Positions 25,630 through 38,884 of a DNA stretch of 64,000 bases are shown here, piece by piece. The stretch is from the NCBI RefSeq assembly GCF_009914755.1, contig NC_060927.1. One strand, given 5' to 3'. Source of the stretch: the human T2T-CHM13v2.0 reference genome, Homo sapiens. Within the stretch, counting starts at the first letter, position 1, and the number at the start of each line of letters is the position of its first letter. A program made the position numbers and the translations under genes. Below the pieces are notes generated by a model. That model was not told the origin of the DNA. It did not search any database and was given only the letters and a program-made list of their open reading frames with translations.

Positions 25630-25976
25630 GTGTCAACTCTATAATGGAAAGTATTAAAGACAGTTTGTACCCCAAGATCCTCAGAACTACTCACTTCAAA
25701 ATACCTGTTTTGCTGTGGTTACCAATCCTAAATGATCATATGAAGCCCCTCTCTCAATTGTAACCAAGTCCTCACATTGAAAGATCTGCTTTAAACCAGA
25801 CCCTAAAATCTCAATAGATATCCCAACTTTTTCCTTTCCCTTCTGAGATGCTACTAGGACTGTCAAGAGACAGTGCCTCTAAAGAGAGACAGTGTCCTCC
25901 TTTACCACAGTGAGTTTTCTTATCAACAGATTGTTTTGGTAATATTTTGGATGTTTTTCAGAGCCAGCATTCAACA
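25630..25976 (+). mobile_element. ERV1-class LTR remnant (MER67-like)
   Basis: ttctgagatgctactaggactgtcaag...tatcaacagattgttttggt...cagcattcaaca resembles MER67 3' ends, from recall only. Confidence 0.4.
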
Positions 25977-26619
25977 ATCTTGGGCCCCAATGAGATTCAA
26001 TCAAAATGGGGACTCCTTAATTCTCAGTTTTGACTTGGACACAGCCATTCCCTTGTGACCCTTAGAGCCTCCCCCTGAGTGCTCTATGACCTAATTCTGG
26101 GCTAAGTCACGTATTGGGTTGAACTTTCGTTTCTTTTCATTGTGCTCTTCCAATGTTAACTTTGTTTTCCTTCTAGGAGTAAAAAACCCTTTTTAGGATT
26201 ATCTGATCATATTTGAAAAAACTGATATCCTTGGTGGAAATTTGCCTTATTAATCAACAACACTAGTATTTGTCTATCTCTGTCTATGATTTAAGTATTG
26301 TTCTTTCCTCTTTCTTAAGATATTTAGAAATAATTATTACCAGCCTTTTTACTGCAGAGGCTCAGACTGCTAGTGATAGTGTCTGCAGAGAAAATGTCAT
26401 AGCAGAGCAAAATACTGCTGGAGCAAGGAGTTGATTAAAATAAAATAAATATGGAATGACAACTTTATCATTCATTCCTCTGTCCTTCTTCCTCCCAGGG
26501 GGGAAGGTTTCCTTCTCATGCTGTCCTAAGGGTAGAAAGGTGAAAACTTGAAACCCTTTCCTAAGGGAATGACAGAAAATGGTGAACAATAGTTGCTGGG
26601 GGTGGTACTGGGAAATATC

Positions 26620-26885
26620 TGTGTCTTAGTCTACTCAGGCTTCCATAACAAAATATCATACTGGGTGGTTTAAATAACAGTACATTATTTCACATGGCTC
26701 TGGAGGCTTGGAAGTCCAAGATCAGATTGTCAGCATGGTTGGGTTCTAGTGAGGGCTCTTTTCATGGCTTGCAGATGGTAACCTTCTTGCTATATCCTCA
26801 GATGGTGGGCTGGGAGAGGGAAGGAAGATCTCTGGTCTCTTATTACAGGGCAGTAATCCAATAATGAGGACCCCACCCTCATGGC
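26620..26885 (-). mobile_element. Truncated MLT1 (A-C-like) LTR
   Basis: tgtgtcttagtc...ccataacaaaatatcatactgggtggtttaaataacag...ggaagtccaagatca; stops abruptly after ccccaccctcatg. Confidence 0.78.
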
Positions 26886-27446
26886 TTTATATAAATGGAG
26901 TAAGGGAGATTGAAGAATAAGATGTAGAATTTGTATAAGTTTCAGTGATTCAGAATTAAAATAAGTAATTTTAGATAACAGATGGTTTGCTTAAAATTTA
27001 TTGAAGATTTTAGGCATTTAGAAATAAGAAAATATTTCTAAAATTGATTGCACACTTTGCTGCCTTCTTAATTAGAGAGAGCCAAACATCTAACCTTTTT
27101 TTGATGACTCAAGGTCATCATTATGCATATTGATGATTATTTTGTAAAGGAATGATACACTCAAGAGCCATCAGAACATACAAGGCTGCTTACTTCTACG
27201 TGATTTTTCCTATACTGCTATGATTCTTGTGTTTGTATCCACTCTTAATTGTCTTTCATATTGCAGACATTCCATACATAATAACTCTTTTCACTTTTAT
27301 ACTATCAATGTATAGTATATTGATTTAAGTAGGTCCTCTCCCTAATAAAATCATGTTGCTTATAGTCTGCTGTGGTCTTGGAACCCATAAAGACAAGCTG
27401 TTAGAAGTGTACATAAAGTGAGAGTGATTAAGTTCTGATTGGGTAA

Positions 27447-27510
27447 TGTATTAGGGTTCTCTGACTGGGTAGTGTATTAGAGGGATAGAACTAATAGGAT
27501 ATATATATAT
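27447..27510 (-). mobile_element. MLT2A (ERVL LTR) 3' end, antisense
   Basis: tgtattagggttctct...agagggatagaactaataggatatata is the reverse complement of the MLT2A terminus. Confidence 0.75.
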
Positions 27511-27632
27511 ATATATATGAACATATATATATATAAACTCATATATACAAACTCATATATATATAAATTCATATATATATACTCATATATATATAAATTC
27601 ATATATATAAACATATATTTATGTGTATATAT

Positions 27633-27673
<41 letters not shown>

Positions 27674-27680
27674 CACACAC
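27499..27680. repeat. (TA)n/(CA)n compound microsatellite with aaa(c/t)tcatatata subunits
   Basis: Directly visible. Confidence 0.95.
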
Positions 27681-27708
27681 TCCTAGGGCACTCATTTATC
27701 TACCTATC

Positions 27709-28097
27709 TGTGATGGTTAATACGGAGTGTCAACTTGATTGGATTGAAGGACACAAAGTATTGATCCTGGGTGTGTCTGTGAGGGTGTTGCCAAAGGAGC
27801 TTAACATTTGACTGAATGGGCTGGGAAAGGCAGACCTACCCTTAACCTGGTGGGCACCATCTAATCAGCTACCAGCAAATATAAAGCAGACAGAAAAACA
27901 TGAAAAGGTGAGACTGGCTTAGCTTCCCAGCCTACATCTTTCTCCCATGCTGGATGCTTCCTGCCCTGGAACACTGGACTCCAAGTTCTTCAGTTTTGAG
28001 ACTTGGACTGGCTCTTCTTGTTCCTCAAGCTTGCAGACAACCTATTACGGGACCTAGTGATCACATAAGTTAATACTTAATAAACTCCCATATATAT
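27709..28097 (+). mobile_element. MLT2A LTR 5' and middle part, sense; 3' end absent downstream
   Basis: tgtgatggttaatacggagtgtcaacttgattggattgaagg...taatacttaataaactcccatatata. Confidence 0.9.
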
Positions 28098-28171
28098 GGA
28101 TCATTTTGGAGCTTCATCACTTATTTTAGTTCTGAATCACTGAAACTTATACAAGTTCTATATCTTTTACA

Positions 28172-28350
28172 TCTAACTCCCATATATATATATAGGAGTT
28201 TATATCATATATATATATGATATAAATAGGAGATATATATATACTTTATAAACTCCCATATATATGATATATATCTCCTATATCTCCTATATATATCATA
28301 TATATACTCAAACTCCTCTATATATGATACATATAGGATATATATATATG
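28172..28350. repeat. Degenerate TA-rich array with actccc/ggag palindromic subunits
   Basis: Directly visible. Confidence 0.85.
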
Positions 28351-28365
28351 CTCAATAAATATTAG

Positions 28366-28687
<322 letters not shown>

Positions 28688-28722
28688 TAGTTATTTTTTT
28701 GGTTATTAACTAGCTGGGTGAT

Positions 28723-28723
<1 letters not shown>

Positions 28724-28756
<33 letters not shown>

Positions 28757-28767
28757 CATGCATGTGT
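28724..28767. repeat. (TG)n(CG)n microsatellite
   Basis: Directly visible alternating purine-pyrimidine tract. Confidence 0.95.
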
Positions 28768-29728
28768 CAACTTTCAAATTCTCTGGGCATTAAGAGGTAG
28801 GCTAGATAATATACTGTCTAATTTCCTTCCAGCATTATTATTCTGTGACTATGGCAGTGTAGCCTAATATTTACAGAAAGGAGTCATCTGTTTTATAAGC
28901 CAAGTGGCTTAGGGGTGCAATCTCAGGATTTGTACCTTGAAAATCCATGTAAATTTGTGCTTTTAGGTTGAGTAAAGATTACAGGAAGTGCAGTATATAC
29001 TGTTAAACAATATTTTTTGTTTTGGTTATGATAAAATTCTGTGCTAGAATTACTCTGTTGTGATTGTTCCTTCTATGTAAAGTGTATGTAAAAGTGGTGA
29101 AAATTTAGTCTTCTCAGCTGGGATATGAAAATACATATTATGTTTCTCATTGTTAAACTGAAGCCACACGATTTAGAACATAGAAAAGATAAGTGTAAGT
29201 AACACCATGGATTGGACTACTTAAAAATTTTAAATGGTTATAAATAATGGATGGATATATCGTACTGAAGCTTAAGCCAAGAGGGTGCTCACTCAGTAGT
29301 TTAAGGCATCAATACTCTTAACAGTATTTATTAGGAATAAAAAAGTTCCTCTCACCCTCTTGCTTTACAATATAACCCATGAACAATCAAGTGATTCTTT
29401 TAAGAGAGATGGAAGCACTTATTAAACATTGTAGTTATGTGCATAACTATTTTGAAGGAAACACAGGGTTTAAAATGATAGGAAATACGTTGATGTGTCA
29501 TTCCAGGGGCAATCCTGAAGCAAGGATTCAGAGAAGCATGAGTGGAGAGTGATAGAAGGAAAGGGGGTAATTTATTTGCTTCTCCCTCTTCCTGGCTGGT
29601 TATGCCCGATTAAGAGGAGCTGGGCATGCTCACAGTAATGAGTAAGCAATGGGGCTATGCCAATTAACATTAAAGCAGTGGTCCTCAACTATTGCTGCAT
29701 TCACCAATTGAAAAAGGGAAGGATGTTA

Positions 29729-30306
29729 CAGAGATGTTCTGAATCTGGCTTGCACCAGTTCCTGAGAGCAGATTGTTAAATTTTCAGGAATCTTGTGAGT
29801 CACTTATTAAACAGTCATTATTAAAAAATAAGATGGGTACAGAAGCTCATGCCTGTAATCTTAGCACTTTGGGAGGCCGAGGCAGGAGTATTGCTTTGAT
29901 GACAGGAGTTTGAGACCAGCCTGGGCAACATAGTGAGACCCTGTCTCTACAAAAACAAAAATAAAATAAAATAAATTATATTCATATACACTTAAATAAA
30001 TAATATTAAAACAAAGGCAATACATACTCAAGGCTCATCACTTCTTAATTTTTTACTACATTTTACATTTACTTTATGCTGTTATTTACATCTACTGTAT
30101 CTGTAAGTGGTGGAAATACTGCAAAATAGCATGCTACTGCTCATCTCCTTCCAACTCTTCATTCAGTGGCATTATATTGTCAGCTTAAAATTGACCATGG
30201 TAGAAGAATTAAAGCCACAGAAATTGGCAAATGATACAAATCAGGACTTTCTTTTCCTTTTTTTTCTGTAGAGCTGGTTGTTAAACATTTACCAGCATAC
30301 CATTGA
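29729..30306. mobile_element. MER63-like hAT-Blackjack DNA transposon interrupted by a FLAM (about 29835-29975, + strand)
   Basis: gagagcagattgttaaattttcagg at the start and agagctggttgttaaacatttaccagcataccattg at the end; Alu left monomer with A-tail inside. Confidence 0.75.
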
Positions 30307-30354
30307 ATATGAATGAGAGTGGGGTTTTAAATTTGACTGAACTGAGTTTAGAAA

Positions 30355-30720
30355 AAAGTGCTTATTAGAAATTCAAATATACACAAAGTAGAAATAATTT
30401 CATTAAGGCTACCCATGTACTCTTTCCTCAACTTCAATACTCATTAACATTTTGTCAATCTTGCTTAATCTGTTGCTCCCACCATTTTTTTGAAGTGTTA
30501 TAAACTGAACTTCAAATATTTTCTAGTTCTTATCTGAAAATACTTAACACACATCTCTAATGCTTTGGCACTTAAAAAAGATATAACCACAACTTCATTA
30601 TTATACCAAATATATTAACATTACTTTCATGATATTCTTTCATACTAGTCCATATTCAAATGCCCTGATTGTTTCAAAGTGTCTTCTTAGAATTGGTTTG
30701 TTTGAATCGGGAGCCAAACA
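30355..30720 (-). mobile_element. Old L1ME 3' fragment
   Basis: aaattcaaatatacacaaagtaga...tagtccatattcaaatgccctgattg...gtttgaatcgggagccaaaca. Confidence 0.55.
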
Positions 30721-31129
30721 TGTGAACTGGTTTTTTAATAACTGAAAGAGGCTAGAAAGTTGTAAGATCTGTCTGTGATGTCGTTAAAGAGCAGGAAAGG
30801 CAGATTTGACAGAATCTAGTTCAAAGTAAGGATTAGAGAAAAATAAAACTGTTTCATGTTTATGGCCTACTGAGATCAGACTCTTCAATAAGCTGGCTAT
30901 ACAAAGAAGAACACAACATGTTCTATGCCCTAAAAAGTTCACAGTCTAGGGCAGTAGGGCCACTTAACTTTTTTGGGGTCATGGACCCCTTTGAGTGCTG
31001 ATGAAAACTGCCTGCATGTGCACACCCACACTTGCACACAGAATTTTGCATGCAATTTGAGTTTTGAAACCCATAAAACATCCCAAAGCCAATGCAACCA
31101 GAGTTAAGACCTAGGATTTGGAGGAAAAG

Positions 31130-31940
31130 CAGGTGTGTAAATAATTACCATCCAAAGCAATATTGTCAGAGCCAAACATACACCAAGTGCTATTGGAGCA
31201 CAGAGCAAGACAGTGGCTAATTTTGCCCAGTAACAGGGAAAATGACATTGAAAATGGTGTTTGACATTTTGCTTAAGAGATTTTCAATCAACGATGGTGA
31301 CTAGGGCTAGCATGCCAAAGTCGGGTGTGAGAAGAGATGGTGGTAGGAGGTCAAGAGCCACATGAAGAAATTTGGTTTTAATTTGCTCCAATATTTGCAG
31401 GGCTTTAAACTGGGCAAGGATATGATCAGATTTTCATATGAGAAAGTTCAATGGAGCAACAGTAAATGGCAAGGAATTTCAGGTAGAGAGACTGGACAGA
31501 ATGAGGCCTGGCAGCAGCTATTATAATAGTCAAAGTAAAGGATGACAGGGCCTGGACTACAGCATAATCAATGAGGTCAGAGAAGAGGGAAGGATTTTAG
31601 GAGGTTTGTAGGAGGTAAAATGGTATGGTGCATTCATGCAGATGGTAAAGGAAATAGAGAAATCCATGAGAGTAAAATTTCCTAGCTTTTAAGGCATGGT
31701 AGAGAAGAAATGCCATTTACTAAAAATAAAGGATATAGGATGCATAGCAGTGGCCAAGGAGAGAAAGGGGACAGAAAAAGGATGTGGGTTTTGGGCATGT
31801 TGAGTTTGAGGCATCTATGGAACATACAGGAAGGAATTCCCAGAAGGAGCTAGAAAGTAGAGTCCCTCTAGGAACTGATTTGATACATTAGATGCAGGCC
31901 AAGTCTAGTTTGGTGTCATTTAGGGTTTAAAGTCATTTAT
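31130..31940 (-). mobile_element. L2 fragment
   Basis: tatgatcagattttca...ttttgggcatgttgagtttgaggcatctatggaacat, typical of antisense L2. Confidence 0.6.
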
Positions 31941-33391
31941 GGTCAGAGATAGATCACAATTAAATTCAGAATACAGTGAACCTTTAGGAATTCTCTATAG
32001 CCAAAATTTTATCATCCAAAACTTTACTGAAAAAACAACTAGATTCAAAAATTTCTCTCTCTCTCTCTCTGGTCTGATCTCATCTCCTATCTGCAGATCT
32101 TTCCATACAAATATGATCATATCTCTTTCCTACTTAAAAACTTTTAATAGCTTCTCATTGCCCCAGGACAAAGCTCAACCTTTCTTTATCCTCTTCCACT
32201 TATCATTATTATTGTTTTTCAATGTGGATGTTAATTCTTCCTAGGACTGTTCCTAACCCCTCAGGGCCAGGTCTCAGTGAAGTAGAAAGTATTGTAATCA
32301 ACTTCTTACTTATTTACATTTATTTCTACTAAGCACCTTATTTCTGGGTGCTAAGCACCTCATCATTTACTGATTTAGAAGATGGTGCTGTGGAGTGGAA
32401 TTGAAGGCCTACTGTGTGCCAGGCAGTGTAACAGGGGTTGAAGCTACAATGGTGAGAGAATTAAAGTACATATAAGCTCCAAATTACCTTGCTGCAATTA
32501 TATATGTTGTTTTAGAAAGATTGCAATGCTAAACATAGTTTTTAGGCCTACGATGCTCATGCTCCTGACAATTTCTCATGGGTTGACTGTACCATTCTTT
32601 GTGACTGTAAAATTGCCTCTGTTCACTCCCAACAAGACTACATCTTTAATTTGTCAGCAATTTGATATACTTATCAAAGAATGAGAAATGGGTCTCTAAA
32701 TCAAGCATCTAAGATGAAGGTGAGACAGAAAGCATAGAAACTGGGTGAGAAAAAAAAACAATGTGTAATTTTTACATTGGAAAGGCTGGGCGTGAAATGA
32801 GCAAAAGAACAGGCCAATCAAGTTATGTGAAATTCTGTGCTGTGCTGTGTAAACACATCATGAGAAAAGTGCTAATCTAATGCTAGGCATACTATGAAAA
32901 TCTGTCAGTCCAAAACTATGATCCATCTTCAAGAGACTGGAGCTTTGCATTTCTTGGAAGCATTGATCAGTGTAAGTGCAAGTCGATCAAGGCTTTTGCA
33001 TTTGCATTTAAATGTTAATCAATCACAATTTATTAAAAATTTAGGGCAAGAGTGAGAATGGAAAAAAGTGTATAAGTCTGTGCTTATGACAAAGAAGTCA
33101 AGTTGAGATCCATTTTGAAATGACTTGAGAATTGCATAATGTGTGAAATGTCAGAGAGCCATCTGGACAACAGACACTGGTGGTGGTAATGATGAGCTGG
33201 GGTTGGGGGTGGGACTAATGAACATTTATTGACAAATCTCTGCTTTGCAAGATGAGAAACAAAGTATCTTTCCATGATGTCTGGTCATATAACAGTGCAT
33301 CCGAGCATTCCATTAATCATTCCACAAATAGATACAGTAATAATCATTATCATTTTAAATGTTTTAGTAATGCCACTTAAAAGATATGCTT

Positions 33392-34022
33392 CTTTTATTG
33401 TGGTAACAAATATATAACATAAAATTTATCATTTTAACCATTTTTATATGTGCAGATGTGACATTAAGTACATTTACATTGTTCTGCTGCCATCACCACT
33501 ATCCATCTTCAGAATTCTTACATCTTCCTGAACTGAAACTTCTCATACTACTACACAATAACTTCCTCATTGCCCATTCCCTCCAGCCCCTGGAAACCAC
33601 TATTTAACTAGGCATCTCATGTAAACAGAAAAATACAAAATTTGTCCCTTGGTGACTGGCTTATTTCATTTAGCATAATTTCTTCAAGTTTTATTGATAT
33701 TGTAGCATGTATCAAAACTTCTTTTTGTTAAGGCTGAATACTATTCCACTGTATGTATTTGCTACATTTTATTTATCTATTTATTCATCAATAGACATTT
33801 GGGTTGCTTCCACCTTTTGGCTGTTGTGAATAATACTGCTAAGAACATGGGTGTACAAATATTTGCTCAAGTCTCTACTCTTGTTTCTTTTGGGTGTATA
33901 TCTAGTAGTAGAATTGTTGGATCACATGATAATTCTATGTTTAATTTTTTAAGGAACTGCCATGCTGTTTTCCACAGGGGCTACTCTATTTTACATTCCC
34001 AGCAGCAATGCACAAGGGTTCC
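33392..34022 (-). mobile_element. L1MB-like 3' end
   Basis: aacataaaatttatcattttaacca...ggttgcttccaccttttggctgttgtgaataatactgct...acattcccagcagcaatgcacaagggttcc. Confidence 0.85.
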
Positions 34023-35084
34023 AAAAAAGATATTTTAAAAACTGAAAGTTAATAGTAAAAACACTGCAAAATATTGGGAAGGAGAGCTAGGTTACAAAAA
34101 GCTAAGTGGAAGAAAGTTAACCTGTTTCATTCTCACCTTTTAATTTATCTAAACCAGAAGAGCTTCTCAAGTGATGAGTACTGAATGAGTTTCAGATATG
34201 TCCTTCTACAGATCCTCTATGTTTTGTGGAACGTATGAGTGTAGTATGGAAGGTGGGCTCTGAGGGGATCAGGCAGGGCCTGGGGTTTACAGCTTGCAGC
34301 CTGGAGCAGCCTCTCCCATTTACCCAAGGGTGCCTTACAAATACTTTCATTTTCCATATGGCTAATATATGAAAAAAAGCTTGGAAATGCTGCTCCAAAG
34401 TGTAGGGGCAAAGTTAGGATTAAAATCTGGAAGAAATGCAAAAGCATAAAATATTTATTCAACAGAACAATCTAATGAACGTTTACTCTGTTCTAGGATC
34501 TAGGTCTGACTGGGGGTAGCTGGGAAATACTGTGGGGTAAATAAGATAAAGAATTATACTTTCAAAAAGCTTGGTTTCTTGAAGGTGAAGGACAAACAAA
34601 TAAGCAGTTACAGTACAGCATGGAAAGTAACTCACTGGGGGAAGGGGGACCACAAAGTGTTGTATATAGCCACCAGCCCTCACCCATTCCGATCTTGAGA
34701 TTGAAAGAGAGAGCTCTCTGAACTCTTCTCATTTTCACTGTTACGAGAAGCCAAATGAAATACCTGTTTCTCATTTTATGGGATGTGGATGTTCAGGGTA
34801 CCTTAGGCATGTCAGGAAAGAAATAAACTGCCTAGACTGAGTAGAGCTGCTTATTAAAATTTTTAGTAGTGTTTGATGGACAAAGTGTCAGGATTTATAA
34901 AAAGCATTTGCATTATAATTGAGAGAAGAATTATGAAGACTCCCTCAAGGAAGCCATCCCTGAGAACTTCTCATGTCTGAACTCCAGGCTGAGTTGGGCT
35001 CTGGTTCTCCCTGCTCTCAGCACCCTAGGTTTATTTCTTATGGAAGTACTTATTACCCAGTACTGTCATTGTCTGGTTACTTAC

Positions 35085-35440
35085 TGTGTTAGTCTGTTTT
35101 GTGCTGTTATAACAGAATACCTGAGACTGTGTAATTTATGTAGAACAGAAAATTATTTTCTCACAGGTCTGGAGCCTGATAAGTTCAAGATCAAGGCACC
35201 AAAATTTAGTGTCTGGTGAGGGTCTTCTTGCTGTGTCCTCCCATGGCAGAAAGCAAAAGGGCAAGAAAGCAAGTTAGCTGAACACCTTCTGAAGTCTCTT
35301 TTATAAGGGCTTTAATCTATTCATGATGGAGAAGCCCTCACCACCTAAACACCTCCCAAAAGGCCAACTTCCCAACACTGTTGCATTGGAAATTAAACTT
35401 CCAACACAAGAATTTTGGAGGACATATTCTGACCACAGCA
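35085..35440 (-). mobile_element. MSTC/MSTD-like MaLR solo LTR
   Basis: tgtgttagtctgttttgtgctgttataacagaatacctgagact...ttctgaccacagca. Confidence 0.82.
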
Positions 35441-38400
35441 CATACCTAAATCTCCCACCTCACTCCGTGTGTTATGGAGACAGGAATTGTACTCAGAAAT
35501 GTTTCTGGGAATAAGTAAGTGGAGCAATAAGATAGCTGTAAAGCAACTGGGACCATTTATATGAAGCAGCCAAGATACCCACAATAACTTGGAGAAACTG
35601 CTCTGGAAAAGTAGACATTAAGTCTCCATTGTTGGGGTTTCTGACAGCTGTGGCATGGTGGCATGGTACTACCATAGTTCTTCTACTCTAACACTTTCAA
35701 ATACCCTTTTAGGTTTTTTCCCTAAGTTCTCCCTCTTTCCTTTTTCCCAGATAATCAATAGATGATTAAATGTCTATGTGAATTGCAACTGTCTGAGTTC
35801 ATTGTGTTATTGTATTTTTTGTTAAATGGGTATAATTTGAAAACAAGACCTAGAAATACTGCCATACTTTATCTGGAGTCATCTTAGAAGATTATTATTA
35901 TCAGCATAATTATCTACTTTCCATACAACTTGATTGTTCACATTATATATATTTTTGACTTGAGGTGGAAGGATGACAAAAGGGTCTCATTTAACCTTTT
36001 CTGTTTTTAAATAGAAGCAAGATTATTTCTAAAAGTCAATAAAGGATATCCCAGAGGAATTGAGGAAAAATGGGATGAGGACTTCAGTAAAACATACTTT
36101 GGTGACAAACATTTTGATATAAAATTTTGTAAAAGCACACACATCCTGATGGGAAGAGGATGAGTAATTTCTTTTTAATTCAGAGCAAGTGTTCTAATCT
36201 GGCTGAAATTCTGGGAAGTGCTGGAAATCCCCAAAGCAAAGTGCCAGATGCCATTTCTGGATCCTGGATACGTGGGCTTGGTTGCTAAGATGATGATGCC
36301 TCCTCCCCTTCACCACATTCAGCTGACGCCTGAGCGACAGGGAGTTGATGTACGCAGAGCACGGATCTAACAATGTCAACTGTGCTGACATCATCCTAGC
36401 TGTGCAGGGCTGATGGGAATTCAGAATATCAAACATCATATCAAGGGCAGTGAGCAGGTGTGACTCATTTCCCTGGAGAAGTGGGAGAGAGGAAGGGAGA
36501 GGGCAGGATTATCTCACACTGACACACACACAGCCTTTAGACTGAGCTATTTGCGTGGCTTATTTAAAAGCAGCAAAACAATGTTCTGTCTCTCTCTTCA
36601 TTTTTCTACCGGAAACACTTTATATTCTAGTCCTATGTGTCTCAGCATAGAATCGAGCCTTTCAACATCATAGTGTATTAAAATACACATTATTTAGGAT
36701 CATTACTTTTTATGTTACATAAACCCAACTATGAGAACAATTCAAACAAATAAATTTTATGTTTTTATTTTCTCTTCAGGTATCATCTAGTGAACTGTTC
36801 AGATGCAACTGAATTGAAAAGGAGCTGAACAAAAGATCCTGAGAGAGGTCTGATGAGACTGCTTTGGTATTACCAAATATATACAGCATTTCTGTATTCT
36901 AGCAGAGTATATTGCTTGGTACGAGAGAAGGGGTGCATGATAAATGCTCAATAATTGCTCCTTGGGTGAATAATACAAAAAGACTGTACGTTTGTAAGAA
37001 TGAGCGTTAATATATAGATTCTCATGTATTTTATGGAGTTGATTATGTATCAGTTGACTTTAAGGGAAAATGGTAATAAGACTGGATACAATAACAATTG
37101 TGGTGTTAGTGAAGTTACTGGTTTCACAAGTCTCTTATCCATTGGAACATCTTATTAGAATGATTAGGCTAGGGCAATTAAATCAGAAAGGAGTGTACAT
37201 CAAAACAGTAAACAAAACAAAACTAAACCCTTCTGCTTCCAAAGGCTTAGTGTTTAATAGCAATGAAAGAGGTACAGTGAACTGACATGGTTGTATTCTC
37301 TCCAAAATGACCCTAACGTGTCTTATCACTCTGAGAAGTACTAATTTATCTATGTCTTGTGTCAGCCATAACACAAGGAACAAAAGGACAAAAATTGTTG
37401 TTACCCTGTACTCAGTGCTAAAAAGTACCACTTATACTTCCATTTACTCTGTGTGTTTAGTAAAATGGCATATGTATGATAGATTGTGAAGCATATTGGA
37501 ATCTATGTGTATTGGTTTTTATTGGTATAGCTTGAACAGCACAGAAACAGAAAGGTGTGTTTCAGCTCAATCTATAGGATACTACTTGTACAATACAGAT
37601 GGTGTTGGAGGCAATAGGAGGGAAGAACATGAAAAGAGAGGAGTGACTTCTATAGAATTATATGTGCAATGACATAAAGAACTCCAAGTTCTTGCTATGA
37701 GATAATAAGTAAGTTGATAAGAGAGATGAAAGGATATTAGCATGTTCCTAGAAGGCATCTTAAATTTTGAAGACAGATGTTGAGATATGTAGAACAAATT
37801 TTCATTTCATTTTCTCTGCTTTGAAATTACTTGGTAAGGGATTATTCTTTCTCTCTGTCTCCAATCACAATTCCTAATACAGACAGTTTGAGATTCACAC
37901 AATGTTTAACGGTAATGTTCGATTGACGATAATGGTGATGATGATGATGTTGATGAAAGTGATAATCTGTAGACCCTAGACTAGTGATTCTCAAACTGGC
38001 TCTTAGAGTCCTCTAGAATATTTTAGGGGAATATGTATATGTACCTGAGGAGTTGCCGTCATAATAGTCCCTGGATCATGACTGCTATAAAAGTCCCCTC
38101 ATATTTTCTTCTTTCACTTCCAGAAGGACCTGCCCAAAAGTTGTTATTGGTCCCTTTTGAGATGACTTATTTGACATGATGTGCTGCTATAGGACTCTCT
38201 AGGAAGAAAGTAGAAAGGATAAAGAGCCATGAACTCATTTTTCTTGAGATAGATTATTACTTCAGTTGAGAGTATGTGGTTAACACTGTTTTATTAACCC
38301 ATAGAGGGAAAATATCATCCCTTATCACCAGTGGACAGAACAACACTGCAGCTGTCTCCCTTTGGGGGTCAACCTGACTACCCAGCCTGAGATGCAAAGG

Positions 38401-38884
38401 AACAATTTAGAAGCTATGTGGGGAAAATTTTCATAACTGTTTGGAAAATTCTTCTTCTCATATTTTGTTTGGGGAATGTATGATTGGGAGTCATGCCTAC
38501 ATTTCTTTTAATGGGAGCCATAGTTATTTTTCTTCAGATAATCACATCTAGTGAAGAAAACTCCTGGATAGTGCTGCTGCCACAGAACAGATATTAAATT
38601 AGATCAGATGTAAAATAAGAATATGGGGTTCTTAAAAACTTCTTGAGTTTGAAATGCAGAATAGAGATAAAAATAGTTAAAAGCAGCGTTGGCTGTGTCT
38701 CTGTTGACCACAGAGGGTTATAAAGCTATTATTAGTCTCCTTCTAGAGGCTTTATGATAGAATTATATTATCAAGAATTATTATTAGAGTTGAATTTCCT
38801 TATTTATCTTGGAAAACTACAACCTATGAGATTTCAGGAAAAAAATATATTTATATATATATATATGATAAATGAGAGGTGAAC

